This document shows positions 51,000-62,400 of a stretch of 64,000 nucleotides of DNA, in pieces. This DNA comes from Setoptus koraiensis. Lineage: Eukaryota; Animalia; Arthropoda. Position 1 is the stretch's first letter, and each line of letters starts with the position of its first letter. Under the pieces are notes generated by a model, which worked only from the letters and a program-made list of their open reading frames with translations, had not been told where the DNA came from and searched no databases. The stretch covers positions 682,001 through 746,000 of the forward strand of contig CM106586.1 of assembly GCA_048013815.1 (NCBI GenBank), written 5' to 3'. The position numbers and the translations under genes are program-made.

Positions 51000-52014
51000 T
51001 TAGCGCTTAATTTTAATTAAGCGCTAATGATGTAGTGATGACGGATCCTAAATGGAGGAGGCAATCCACACACAAGCCTACAATTTTGAGTCACGCCCCC
51101 TACTTAGCACACAGAAAGCTACAGCCTGAATGAGACTTAAGTACACCTCCTCAGCACACAGTAGGCTACACACTAGTTTGAGACTTAAGTAGCTCCGCTC
51201 CCTAATACACAGTGAGCTACAGACATGATCTTAATCTAAGTCTGCCACCTCATCATCACATTCTAACTGTTCGAAATTTGTTTACATGTTGTTGCTTCAC
51301 AGTCTCGTGTGTAGATAGCTGGCTCTGTAGTGTGTTCACATATTGTTGAAGTCTCTCGAGACCTGTGTTAAAGTATCTAAACATTACACATGTTAACTCT
51401 ATGGAGTTCTGAGTTTCTCGATTTCTGTGTTAAAGTATCTTAACATTACACATGTTAACTCAATGGAGATTTGAGTTTCTCAAATCCCGTGTTGGAGTAT
51501 CTAAACATTACACATGTTAAACTTATGGAGATTTGAGTCTCTCAATCTCTATGTCGAAGTTTCCAAGAAAAAGAGATTGAAAAATTCATTCGAAAGCCAC
51601 CAAATTCGCACTGTCGAACAGTCTATCTATGGCTATCTAGTGTGCGAAAATTGGCAATTTTATCTTGACAAACTTGGAAACTATGGCTGATTTTCGAGAA
51701 TAAAATAGTGCATGAAAATGCGGATGCATCATAGCGATCAAGTATCGCTCAAATATAGATGCGAGTATGTTGTAACACGTCTGAGTTGAACATCTATGCC
51801 TGTCGAATCAGAGTAGCCGAAAAGATGACATAGTAAATACAAGTTCTTCAAATTCCTATCACAACGTGATACACATGTTGACCGACTACTCTGATCTGAC
51901 AGGCATAGATGTTCATCTCTGACATGGTGTCACATACTCGCATCCACATTCCAACGATACTCGTCTATCCAAAAAATTAAGCGCTCGAGATACTGACAGA
52001 ATCAGTATCACTTG
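51000..52014 (+). mobile_element. Complete Helentron/DINE-like element (A3 start, B1 end)
   Basis: Perfect palindrome TAGCGCTTAATT-TT-AATTAAGCGCTA at the 5' end; hairpin + CTTG at the 3' end. Confidence 0.85.
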
Positions 52015-52055
52015 TCAATGTATATAGTTTTCGGTGTAATTCAAAACGATCTAGT

Positions 52056-52630
52056 TCACCTAGTAGTTGGCAAATCAAGAAAATGTTTGGTAAATGCATC
52101 AGAGAAAACTCCTTTCTTCAAGATGGACCGATAAGAGTAATCTAAAGGAGTGAGATCAGGAGAATTGGCAGGAAAGATATCTGGAGTCCTGAGGCTAAGA
52201 AGATTGGCATCAAAATGCAACATCAAATTGTCCAGAGAAACTTGGGCAGCATGTCCGGGTGCACCATCCTGCTGAAAAATAATTTGATTGAATTCGTCCC
52301 CATGTTTCTCCTTCAATGCCGGCACCACCTCTTCATTGATCAAAATAGGATAACTTTTCTTGTCAACGGCTCCGTCAATGAAAAATGGCCCGATTAACCC
52401 AGATTTAATCCCTAACCCCAACCAAACATGCAAAGAGACGGGCTTCTTCGGAGTGGGCACAGATTGGCTCGCCGCATCCGCTTCAGGCAAAAGAACCTTG
52501 TCGTTCTGTTTGTTAACAAAAGGAACGATAGAAATCATAGCCTCATCAGTCCACATGATTCGTTCAAGATAAGTAGGATCGGCAGCCATCCTCGAGAGCA
52601 TCTTCTTTGCGAAGGCCAATGAAATGCGGA
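52056..52630 (-). pseudogene. Tc1/mariner DD41D (rosa-type) transposase catalytic fragment
   Basis: [34 protein letters not shown]; 41 residues between 2nd and 3rd D. Confidence 0.85.
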
Positions 52631-53070
52631 TGTAGTATAAACGAGCGACAGGCGAGAAGGTCTCGGTGTAGTCGATACCTTCACGCTGTGAGTACCCCTC
52701 GGCAACCAGCCTCGCCTTGTAACGCTCGACACTACCATTAGTGTGCATCTTTATCTTGTAAATCCATTGCAATTTATCGGTTTGCGATTCTCTGGCAAAT
52801 CAGTGACAATCCACGTATTGTTCTTAATCAGAGAATCATATTATTCATCCATGGCGCTCGCCCATTCGTCTCTATCATCATTTGACAAGGCCAATCATGG
52901 TAGGTAACTGGCTCATCACCATAAGCTATAAGAGCTTCTGCGTAGTTATAACCTAGAAATGTATCTAGAAAATTCTTCTTTCGGGTGAAGCTTCTTTTGT
53001 TGGTTTCGGTTGATCTATTGCGCAATAAATTTCTTTTGCTTTCAATATAACTCTCATTTGAGCTTTCCAC
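52630..53070 (-). pseudogene. Ty1/copia RT N-terminal fragment
   Basis: [36 protein letters not shown]; upstream EPVTY..A linker motif. Confidence 0.9.
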
Positions 53071-53264
53071 CCAGGAAAGTTCTTGCCGTTGGACTTACGA
53101 ATTTGGAACTTGTCTTCCATGTTGAACAGTTAACTTTAACTTGCTCTTATACTTTAAAATTGTAACAAATTAATGTTACTAATGATTGACTCTTTGGCTA
53201 GATTAACTCCCAAACTTTGGCTGTTAACCTGTGAGAAATCAGCGTTGCTATGTATTCGTATTTC

Positions 53265-53860
53265 TAGCGCTTAATTTTAATTGAGTAGCTATTGGGATGG
53301 GTTTGGGTGCTACGTTTATTCACGTGGGTAGAACAAATCAGTGCTTTTTTCAACTAGGAAAAAATAGCACGGTGAAAGCTATACTGTGAGAAATAAACTA
53401 GATAAATTTAGAACACTCAAAGCTTACAATGATGAATAGTTGAATTTAGCACATAGAATGCTATGCGCGTTCACTTACTAGACGCGATTAGCACGCTCAA
53501 TGCTGAGATGCTAACTAGATGAATTTAGCACAGCAGAAGGCTAGCTGTATACAACTCGGATTCAGTGCACTGGAAGCTAGAGGCGTTAGAACTAGGAGAT
53601 TGTAGTACAGTAGATACTATTCAGAATAACTACTGCTTCTCAGCACTGTCAATGCTGATGTGGCTGAAACTAGACGAGTGTAGCACGCTCAATACTGAGA
53701 TGTGAAATAGATGAACTCAGCACAGCAGAAGGCTAGCTGTGTACAATTCAGATTTAGTGCACGGGAAGCTAGATGCGTTGTAGCTAGAAGATAACAGCAC
53801 AGCAGAGACTGCTCAACCATTCAAGGTATCTGAACGCTAACAATGTTATCTCTATGGAAA
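53265..53860 (+). mobile_element. 5' part of a Helentron-like element (HINE-2)
   Basis: TAGCGCTTAATTTTAATTGAGTAGCTATTGGG..ACGTTTATTCACGTGGGTAGAACAAATCAGTGC. Confidence 0.75.
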
Positions 53861-53892
53861 TTTGACTTTGACGATTTTGACAAAATTTTTTG

Positions 53893-54930
53893 GTTATTGT
53901 ATCTAATAGCGCCACACTTTTTTCGGAGTATTTTGGGTATGTTAGGGTAGGGTAGTGTACCCTGATAGCGGAATGGTTATTCCGGAAGTGCGGAAATTCT
54001 CCGTTCCAAAGATAACCGAGGTACCGCTCAATGGGCGTTTCTCGATACCCGGCCACCGCTGGCGGCCCCTGAAGCCTCAATGAAGATATTTCCAATGCTC
54101 ATGGGTAGATTATTGAACACTGATCTCAAAATTATGATTCCGGAAGTTCTGAAATTTCTCGGTCTCAGTGATATACCAGATGACGCCATTTCATCGATTG
54201 CGCAGGTGTCAGAATTGACAGTTCATCAATAGGTTGTTGTAGCGATTAGTACCCTGCCCCGATTTCGATGAAGCTTATGGTACGGGTACATATTGACCTC
54301 AATGAACCGGAAAAGTGGGTCGGGATGTGCGGAAACTTCTGGTTCCGGTTTCACATGAAGTTCGAGCTGGAGGTCCGAAACTCACCAGAGAGACCAACCA
54401 CGCTGATGACGATGGCATAATTTTCAGCTCTGTGCGACTTCCGGTTTTTCAGATGTAGAGATATATTTGGCGCAAGAAGAGCGGAAGTGGCAAATTTGGA
54501 GCTCCGCCTTGCTCAAGAATGAGTATGCGATGGGTCTGAGAACTCGGCCTGCGGCCTCGTATTCTGGAGGCCGTCACATCTCCGTCGTCGCTCCCGCGAC
54601 GACTTCGTGCGACGGGAACCCTTCGGATAGGGTTGATGAGCGCTTCGGGTATCGGGCTACGCCCTCTACCCTCCGCTCACATGACTGAAGTCCATACACG
54701 ACCGTTAGTAGAAGAATGGACTGTTCATCGTGAAACTGCACATCTAACTGTGAGAATCTCGAGAACTGGAAGTGGCGCAGGCTTTTGTGTTGAACGGTAC
54801 TGGCTTGCTAGCGCACGTATTTGGTCGAAATTCCGTCCCGTCACCGGCCTTGCAGCGGTTTCCACCGAATATCTCGTCAACCGGAAGTTGTTCGGACTTG
54901 GAATTTGCGGTATGCTCTTCCTTCGTGTTG
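53893..54930 (+). mobile_element. Composite: K-type TIR arm plus nested TIR element (from 54232) with cassette D (54538-54693)
   Basis: Same composite in inverse orientation at ~47200-48240. Confidence 0.75.
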
Positions 54931-55745
54931 ATGAGCTATTTTCAACGAGTCCGCAAAATATGACAGACTAGATCCAAGTTTTTCAAATTTCTACCATAGT
55001 TCGATGATCATGTCAACTGCCTGCATGCCGAAATTGGTGCAGTTCTAGCGGTCAATATTGCCACAATGAACAAATTTGCGAGACACAACAAGCTGGCAAT
55101 GGCGCACTATGTGTTATATCGCGCGACCTGTGTGCGGTATGCTATGCGAATGAGTCGTTTGGTCTGTTCAAAGCAGCTATAGAGTGTGACAAAATAGATC
55201 AAAATGTCTCAGATTTTCAATATAGCTAGATACACATGTTGACTGCTTGCGTACAAAATTTGGTTAATTTATGATACCCAATTTCGTCACAATTAATAAT
55301 TTTGCGAGACACAAAAAATCAGCAATGGCGTACTATGTGTTATATCGCGCATCATGCATGCATGTAGCTATAAATAACATACATACAGCCATGATGAATA
55401 TTCTGGATTGCTCAAAATAAGACGATCAACTCTTGAATATCTAAATATAACAGAGTCGAGGACATCAAATATAACGATCTGCCATTTTATTTTTGACAAT
55501 AAACATACGGTTAAGGAATTCATATTTAGAGGTAATGTATTCAGACCATTCTCTTCTGGTTTGACAGCTGCATTACCTCAGACGATGTTCAGTACGATTG
55601 GTGATGATAAATTCAAATTGTGCGGAGCTGTCAGTGAACTAACAAATTGTTTTGTGATTCAAATAATATGTAACAACTGGTATATCTTCTGATCGATCTT
55701 TCGCGCAACACTCATGTTGATAAATGTGTCATTTTCTATGCGTTT

Positions 55746-56461
55746 CATTGTACTAAATCTGTCTAGTTTTTGCACTCCCAACTTCCCCAGTGCTAAATTC
55801 AATTTGTAAACAGCTAGTATTATCGCATGCTAATTTTTACTAGTTAGCGTCTCAGCCTTCACTGTATAATTTATTTCTAAAAACTCCGCCTCCCAGCCTT
55901 ACGTGTGCTAGATTTTAAGAGTCAACATTTTAGCGTTCCATTGTGCTAAATCTGTCTAGTTTTTGCACTCCCAACTTCCCCAGTGCTAAATTCAATTTGT
56001 AAACAGCTAGTATTATCGCATGCTAATTTTTACTAGTTAGCGTCTCAGCCTTCACTGTATAATTTATTTCTAAAAACTCCGCCTCCCAGCCTTACGTGTG
56101 CTAGATTTTAAGAGTCAACATTTTAGCGTTCCATTGTGCTAAATCTGTCTAGTTTTTGCACTCCTAACTTCTCCAGTGCTAAATTCAATTTGTAAACAGC
56201 TAGTATTATCGCATGCTAATTTTTACTAGTTAGCGTCTCAGCCTTCACTGTATAATTTATTTCTAAAAACTCCGCCTCCTAGCTTTCTCTGCACTAACAA
56301 ACTAGATAGATTCACAACAATGAAGCCTACAAAATGCTCACCAACGCCTCCGCTGTGCTAATTTTTTCTAGAAGGAGAAAAGCACTGATTTGTTCTGTCA
56401 CGTGAATAAACGTAGTCATAATCACCACCCCAATAGCTACTTAATTAAAATTAAGCGCTAA
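55746..56461 (-). mobile_element. Helentron-like element (HINE-2) with ~3 x 193-bp internal tandem units
   Basis: CATTG(T/G)..CTAAATCTGTCTAG anchors at 55746, 55939 and 56132; 5' terminus at 56461. Confidence 0.85.
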
Positions 56462-57110
56462 AAATCAGCGGCTGTTATGTCATCATCTCTCGTGCTCTCT
56501 ATTTCTTCGGTATCTCTGTAACAATTGAATTCAGCGGCAGTCTCGAAGAAGTCTTCATCAAGTTCGTCAGGTATGGTTGAAGTCGATAACATCAAAGCAA
56601 GTTGGTCACTTGAACCAGATGTTTCGGCTTTTGCTTGGGAGGATGCAGATGAATCAGATGGAAGTAGTTGGTGGGTTTGGTTTGTCTCGACACTGCGCTT
56701 CGATGAATTGTGCACCTTTATCTTGGCCAACTCTTGCTTAACGTCATGGCTCAAACGGTTTCTCAGCGGACGTTGTATGTCTTTTAAGACAGAAAACAAA
56801 CGTTCCACGTTCGAAGACGAAGATTTTAATGACATTAGTCTTATGGCGTTTTTTTCAATACCGAGACACCCGATAGTTCTCTCCAATATTTAAATGGGTC
56901 GTCGCATACGACACCATCATCTAGATCGAAGCGACCGATCCTGAAAACATCGAATCCGTTATGCATCGCCTTACACGATTCGACTGACATACCCATGGCA
57001 AGCGCAACGTAAGTCAAGGCTTCAATACCATAGATAATTCCTTTGATAGAAACTCGCGTCTATACCGTGGATCCAGCATGTAAGCTGCTAGGTATATCGG
57101 GTCCGAATTC
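56462..57110 (-). pseudogene. hAT transposase C-terminal (dimerisation) fragment, DUF659-like type
   Basis: PIYLAAYMLDPRY; SSSNVERLFS..RNRLS. Confidence 0.8.
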
Positions 57111-57384
57111 AATTAATAATAATAATAAAATAAACTATATTCATGTATGACAGACTAGTTTGATTCTGGAGACCCTTAATGCAAGTGGTCCTATCTAGAG
57201 GAAGCAAGCACTGTTTCATACACGATCTATGCAAGTTTAATCAATTTTCTGTTTCTAGTATTGACGCTATGGGCCATTCTGGATCATGTGAGCTCATACA
57301 ATGTATGTGATATCTGATCAGATATGCCCATACAGTACGTGGAATTTCTGAAACTGTTCTCACCAGGATAAATTCTTGAAACTT

Positions 57385-59660
57385 TAGATTGGACCAACAA
57401 GCATTTTGTGGATCACCGAAATGATCAAGGCATGATAGTACGAAAGTGCAGGGCGCGGGTGTTCTAGCGAATAGTGCCACACTCAGATTTCAACCAAACT
57501 TCACACATGGGCCCCGAAAGGCCCCCAAACAACGGATTCGCTAGTCCGGAAGTGCGGAAACTCCCGGTTCCGGTTTTACACAAACTTCAAGCTAGAGCCA
57601 TGAAACTTGATTAACAGCAGGATGCGGACGTGCTGAGTATAACGGAGTTTGTTTCATCTGTGTGCGGCTTCCGGTTCAAGAGATATTCAGGAAAAACCGC
57701 GTGGGTATTCACCTCGGAACGAAGCATCCGCGCGCACGAGTACATACGTGCGCCAATTCATCCCGGTATCTCTCCGATTCTTGATGATACGCATCATTGT
57801 GATGAATTCAGTTTCTATCGTCGCATTTCTTCAACCAAGAATTTTCCATGGTTTGCAGTCACGTGAGCGGAGGGTAGAGGGCGTAGCCCGATACCCGAAG
57901 CGCTCATCAACCCTACCCGAAGGGTTCCCGTCGCACGCAGTCGTCGCGGGAGCGACGACGGAGATGTGACGGCCTCTAAATTACGAGGCCGCAGGCCGAG
58001 TTCTCAGACCCATCGCAGGCTCATCCCCGAGTGCAGCGAAGCTGAAATTCGTCATTGGTTCGGTCTTCCGAACCAATAAATATGCCGATATTTCGAGAAC
58101 CGGAAGTCACACCCAGCTGAAAATTATGCCATCGTGCTTAGCGTCTTTTGGAACGCTATTATGGTGAGTTTTAGACCTCTAGCTCTAACTTGAGGTAAAA
58201 CCGGAACCGGAAGTTTCCGCACTTTCGGACCACTTTTTTCGTTCTTTTGAGGTCAAGATGAAACTATACCGGAAGTTTCATCAGAATCTGGGTGTGGCAC
58301 TATTCGCTAGAACAACCCAGGGCGCTCCATTGCACTAAAATGTATGCGAAAACAACGGGCACCAACCCTTTGAGACTCCATTGGCACAGATGTCACAACG
58401 AGCATGATTTGAGAGAAACATTATTCATGTTCGACGACGATATAATTCAAGACAGGCTCATCAAGTTCATCGTGAAGGAGCGCCTACCTTAATGTCTCGT
58501 CGAATCGTCTACTTTCATAGAATTTTGCAAATGTTTAAATACGAAGATCAAGCTTATCGACCGTAAGAAGGTTTCATCTATGATCAATAGCAACCGCCTG
58601 AAGTTGTAATGTATGGTCATAGAAAAACTGAAGGATGCAACCGCAATCGCTTTGACTTTTGATATTTGGCCAGCACGCAAATGTGTGAAAGGTTTTGCGT
58701 GCGTGACGGCTCATTTCTTTGATGAAAATCTGGAAATGTGTGAAGTTCTTCTAGATTTTCGTCATCTCCCTCATCCGCACTCTCCAATACCTATTTGCAA
58801 CTAACTTGTGAGTGTTATCCAGGAATTCAAAATAGAGAAAAAGATTGTATCTATTACGACGGACAATGCCGCCGTGAACGTGTCTGCGATTGAACAAGTG
58901 GAAGCAAGAATTAAAATAATCTCTAATTTCAAGGCTAACGGATACCACGTCCGTTGCTTCGTACACACAATTAATTTGGGTGTGCAAGGTGCTCTAAAAG
59001 TATTCAAAAAGAGTTTCAAAGCTGTGAAAGAACTCGTTGACGCTGTGAATGGCTCAACTTCTCGTTGGGAGAAGTTCAAATTGATACAGAAGAGAAGGAT
59101 GGACGAAGGTGTTCTGAAGATTAAAACGCCCATGCGACTCATTTCTGATTCTGACACCAGATAGAATTCGACTTTTTTGCTGATCGAAAGAGTTGTGTTA
59201 TTGCGTTGCGCTGTGGAACAAGCTTTGACAAGCATGCCAGAGTTGCGAAATTGCGCTCTAGTAGAATGGCTCGCGCTAGATAACCTTTGTGCTTTTCTTA
59301 AGCCATTCAACGAGGCAACTATAAGGATTTCCGGTTCAAAGTACTCTACAATCGCTCTTGTGACACGCTTGGTGCCGAGGCTGCAAATGCATTCGAGTAC
59401 AATTTGGCTCGACACGAACGTGGAAAGAGCAGCGAAGGCATTCAGAGACGAAATTGCTGCATACAAGACAAATCTGATAACCGATATAAGTTTGATCGCA
59501 TCTGTTCTTGACCCGCGGCTGAAACTGAGAGGGTTCGATGATGACACAAAAATTTTAATTCGAGCAAAGCTGACCAATTTTCTGTATGAAGATGTATCCA
59601 GCCAAGATGCAAGCTCACAGAGCATCAATGCTGCCGAATCACGGCCAAAAGTTTCGATTT
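57385..59660 (+). pseudogene. hAT (BED finger, Ac/ZBED-like) transposase, interrupted by a TIR element and 3'-truncated
   Basis: HF..KCRALHC..TGTNPLRLH (BED) across the insertion; LTFDIW, ITTDNAAV, CFVHTINL, DTR*NST, VLDPRLK; stops and frameshifts. Confidence 0.9.
57458..58317 (-). mobile_element. Complete non-autonomous TIR element (860 bp), 9-bp TSD
   Basis: Flanks CAGGGCGCG / CAGGGCGCT; excision with one TSD copy restores the BED-finger reading frame. Confidence 0.92.
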
Positions 59661-60150
59661 TTAGCGCTTAATTTTAATTAAGTAGCAACTCGGGTAGTGA
59701 TGATCGATACGTTTATTCACGTGACTATGTAATTAAGCGCTAATGATGTAGTGATGTTGGATCCTAAATGGAGGAGGCAATTCACACACAAGCTTACAAT
59801 TTTAAGTCACGCCCCCTCCTTAGCACACAGAAAGCTACAGCCTGAATGAGACTTAAGTCGCTCCACCTCCTTAGCACACAGTAAGCTTCAGCTCGATTGA
59901 GACTTAAGTCACTCCACCTCCTTAGCACACAGTGAGCTACAGCCTCAATGAGACTTAAGTCGCTACGCTCTCTAGCACACAGTAGGCTACACACTAGTTT
60001 GAGACTTAAGTAGCTCCGCTCCCTAATACACAGTGAGCTACAGACATGATCTAAATCTAAGTCTGCCACCTCATCATCACATTCTAGCTGTTCAGAATTT
60101 GTTTACATGTTGTTGCTTCACAGTCTCGTGTGTAGATAGCTGGCTCTGTA
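59661..60150 (+). mobile_element. Chimeric Helentron-like 5' region (A1 start switching to A3) with ~42-bp repeats
   Basis: TTAGCGCTTAATTTTAATTAAGTAGC..., then AATTAAGCGCTAATGATG..., then (CCTCCTTAGCACACAG..GAGACTTAAGTC)n. Confidence 0.8.
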
Positions 60151-60169
60151 GCTTGTTTACATTCATGGT

Positions 60170-61815
60170 TCGAGTTTCACAATGAGACTAGAGATCATTT
60201 GTTGGTTGAGCACGAAGAAGGTTATTTCAATGATGGGAAATTTCGCAGCACCTTAGTCTAATTTGATCAATGGTTGATAATCCATTCTCGTTTATAACAT
60301 AGCCAAGGTAAAGCATTTTTGTTACACCAAATGCACATTTAGTTGGTTGGACCTCTAATCCTGCTCCTTTAAGTCGATCAAATACCTGACGAAGATGTAA
60401 TAAATGTTGTTCGAAACTGGATGATATGATTGCAATATCATCTAGAAAAACAAGTGATACTGATTCCATCAGTATCTCGAGCGCTTAATTTTTTGGATAG
60501 ACGAGTATCGTTGGAATATTGATGCGAGTATGTGACAACATGTCGGAGATAAACATCTATGCTTGTCAGATCAGAGTAGTCGAAAAGATGACAGAATAAA
60601 TAAAAGTTCTCCAAATTTCTATCGCAGCATGCTACACATGTTGATTGCTTGCGTACAAAATTGAGTAAGATTCTAATGGTCAGTTTCGCCACAATGAGTA
60701 ATTTGGTTAGACACACCAATTAGTCAATGACGCACACTGTGTTATAGTGCATCAATTTCGAATTTCGAAGTTCGAATTGTGACCACCTAACTCCGACCAT
60801 CGAACACTGACCATCGAACATCGAACGAGCAGCTGAAACTATCATCAGAAAATCGAATTTTCAATTTCGAAGTTCAGATTGTTACCATCGAACTTCGAAT
60901 TGTTACCATCAAACTCTGACTAACGAACTTTGACCATCGGACTACGAACACTGAACCACAAACTCTGTACTAGCAGCTGTAACTCTTATCAGAAATTCGA
61001 ATTTTCAATTTCGAACTTCGAATTGTGACCATAGAACTCCGACCATCGAACGTCGAACGGGCAGATGGAACTGTCATCAGGAATTCGAATTTACAATTTC
61101 GAATTTTGATTTGTCACCACCGAACCCCTCACAAATTTGACCTAGTCAAATCTCCATAGGATTGCATGCGAAATATTGTCGAGTGAAGCGATAATAGACC
61201 AAGTCGAATCTACATAGCGATACATGTGTAATGTCTAGCAGGATTCTCACAAATTTGACTAAGTCAAACCTCCATAGGATTACATAGTCACGTGAATAAA
61301 CGTATCCATCATCACTACCCCAGTAGCTACTTAATTAAAATTAAGCGCTAATAAGTACTGATTTTCATTTTAAATCTTTCAAAACGCGATCCGTCATTCT
61401 TTGGAAGGTAGATGGTCCATTGCATACGCCGAATGGCATGTTTAGATACTCATAAATGCCGTCTTGAGTACAGAATGCAGTTTCTCCTATGTGTTCTTTG
61501 AACATAGGTATTTGTAAGTATCCTTGGGCTAGATCGATCGATGTAAAGATTTTCTTTCCACTTAAGGCATCGAATAATTGATCAGCCACCGGCTTAGGAT
61601 ACTCATCTTTTTTGGTAACTGCATTCAGTTTTCGATAATCAACTACGCATCTAATCTTGCCGTCCTTTTTTGGTATCATGAACATCGGTGATGCCCAATC
61701 CGAATTTGACTCTCGTATTATCTTAGCTTTGAGGAGTTTTTCAACTTGTTCATTCATGATCATCCTCTTTGGTAATGGAAGTGGAAAAGGATTTTGCTTA
61801 AATGGAATTTTGCCA
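60170..61815 (-). pseudogene. Ty3/gypsy reverse transcriptase split by a HINE-1 insertion
   Basis: SDWASPMFMIPKKDGKIRCVVDYRKLN..YLNMPFGVCNGPSTFQR (61365-61815) continues as FLDDIAI..HLRQVFDRL..KCAF (60170-60450). Confidence 0.92.
60451..61351 (-). mobile_element. Complete HINE-1 (~900 bp), no TSD
   Basis: Both termini; excision gives TCA GTA CTT ATT TTT CTA GAT GAT (SVLIFLDD), restoring the RT frame. Confidence 0.92.
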
Positions 61816-61996
61816 AAATGGAACAAGAAGTGATAGAACAGATCATTAAGCCACTGGACATTCTCTCTGCCAGAGCTAAGACAGACCTGACATCAAAATC
61901 AGAGTCAGTTCAGTCTATGAAAAGAAGCATTCCAGAGGTTATCGGCAAAGTTGTCCGAAACTTACATTCACTCATGGAAGCTAACAAGCTTATGGA

Positions 61997-62400
61997 CAAG
62001 TGATACTGATTCCGTCAGTATCTCGAGCGCTTAATTTTTCGGATAGACGAGTATCGTTGGAATATGGATTCGAGTTTGTGACACCATGTCAGAAATGAAC
62101 ATCTATGCCTGTCAGATCAGAGTAGTCGGTCAACATGTGTATCACGTTGTGATAGGAATCTGAAGAACTTGTATTTATTATGTCATCTTTACGGCTACTC
62201 TGATTCGACAGGCATAGATGTTCAACTCCGACATGTTATCACATACTCGCATCTATATTTAAACGGTACTTGATCGCTATGATGCATCCGCATTTTCATG
62301 CAATATTTTATTTTCGAAAATCAGCCATATTTTCCAAGTTTGTCAAGATATAATTGCCAATTTTCACACACTAGATAGACATAGATGGAATGTTCGACAG
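61997..62400 (-). mobile_element. 3' portion of a Helentron-like element (B1)
   Basis: Near-identical to 25935-26290 and the inverse of 51600-52014. Confidence 0.85.

Noticed and set aside
55380-55740. Coding-like single-copy segment
   Set aside because: No frame is clearly favoured and no motif is recognised.
18292-58000. ORFs over cassette D (MMSASGIGLRP.., ..APATTACDGNPS..)
   Set aside because: GC-rich repeat-derived frames whose starts and stops vary between copies; not conserved as coding sequence.
14495-62030. Repeated palindromic termini with unique sequence between them, as a CRISPR array or integron
   Set aside because: Spacing is irregular (0.1-3 kb), orientations are mixed, no cas or integrase gene is present, and empty-site reconstructions show ordinary element insertions.
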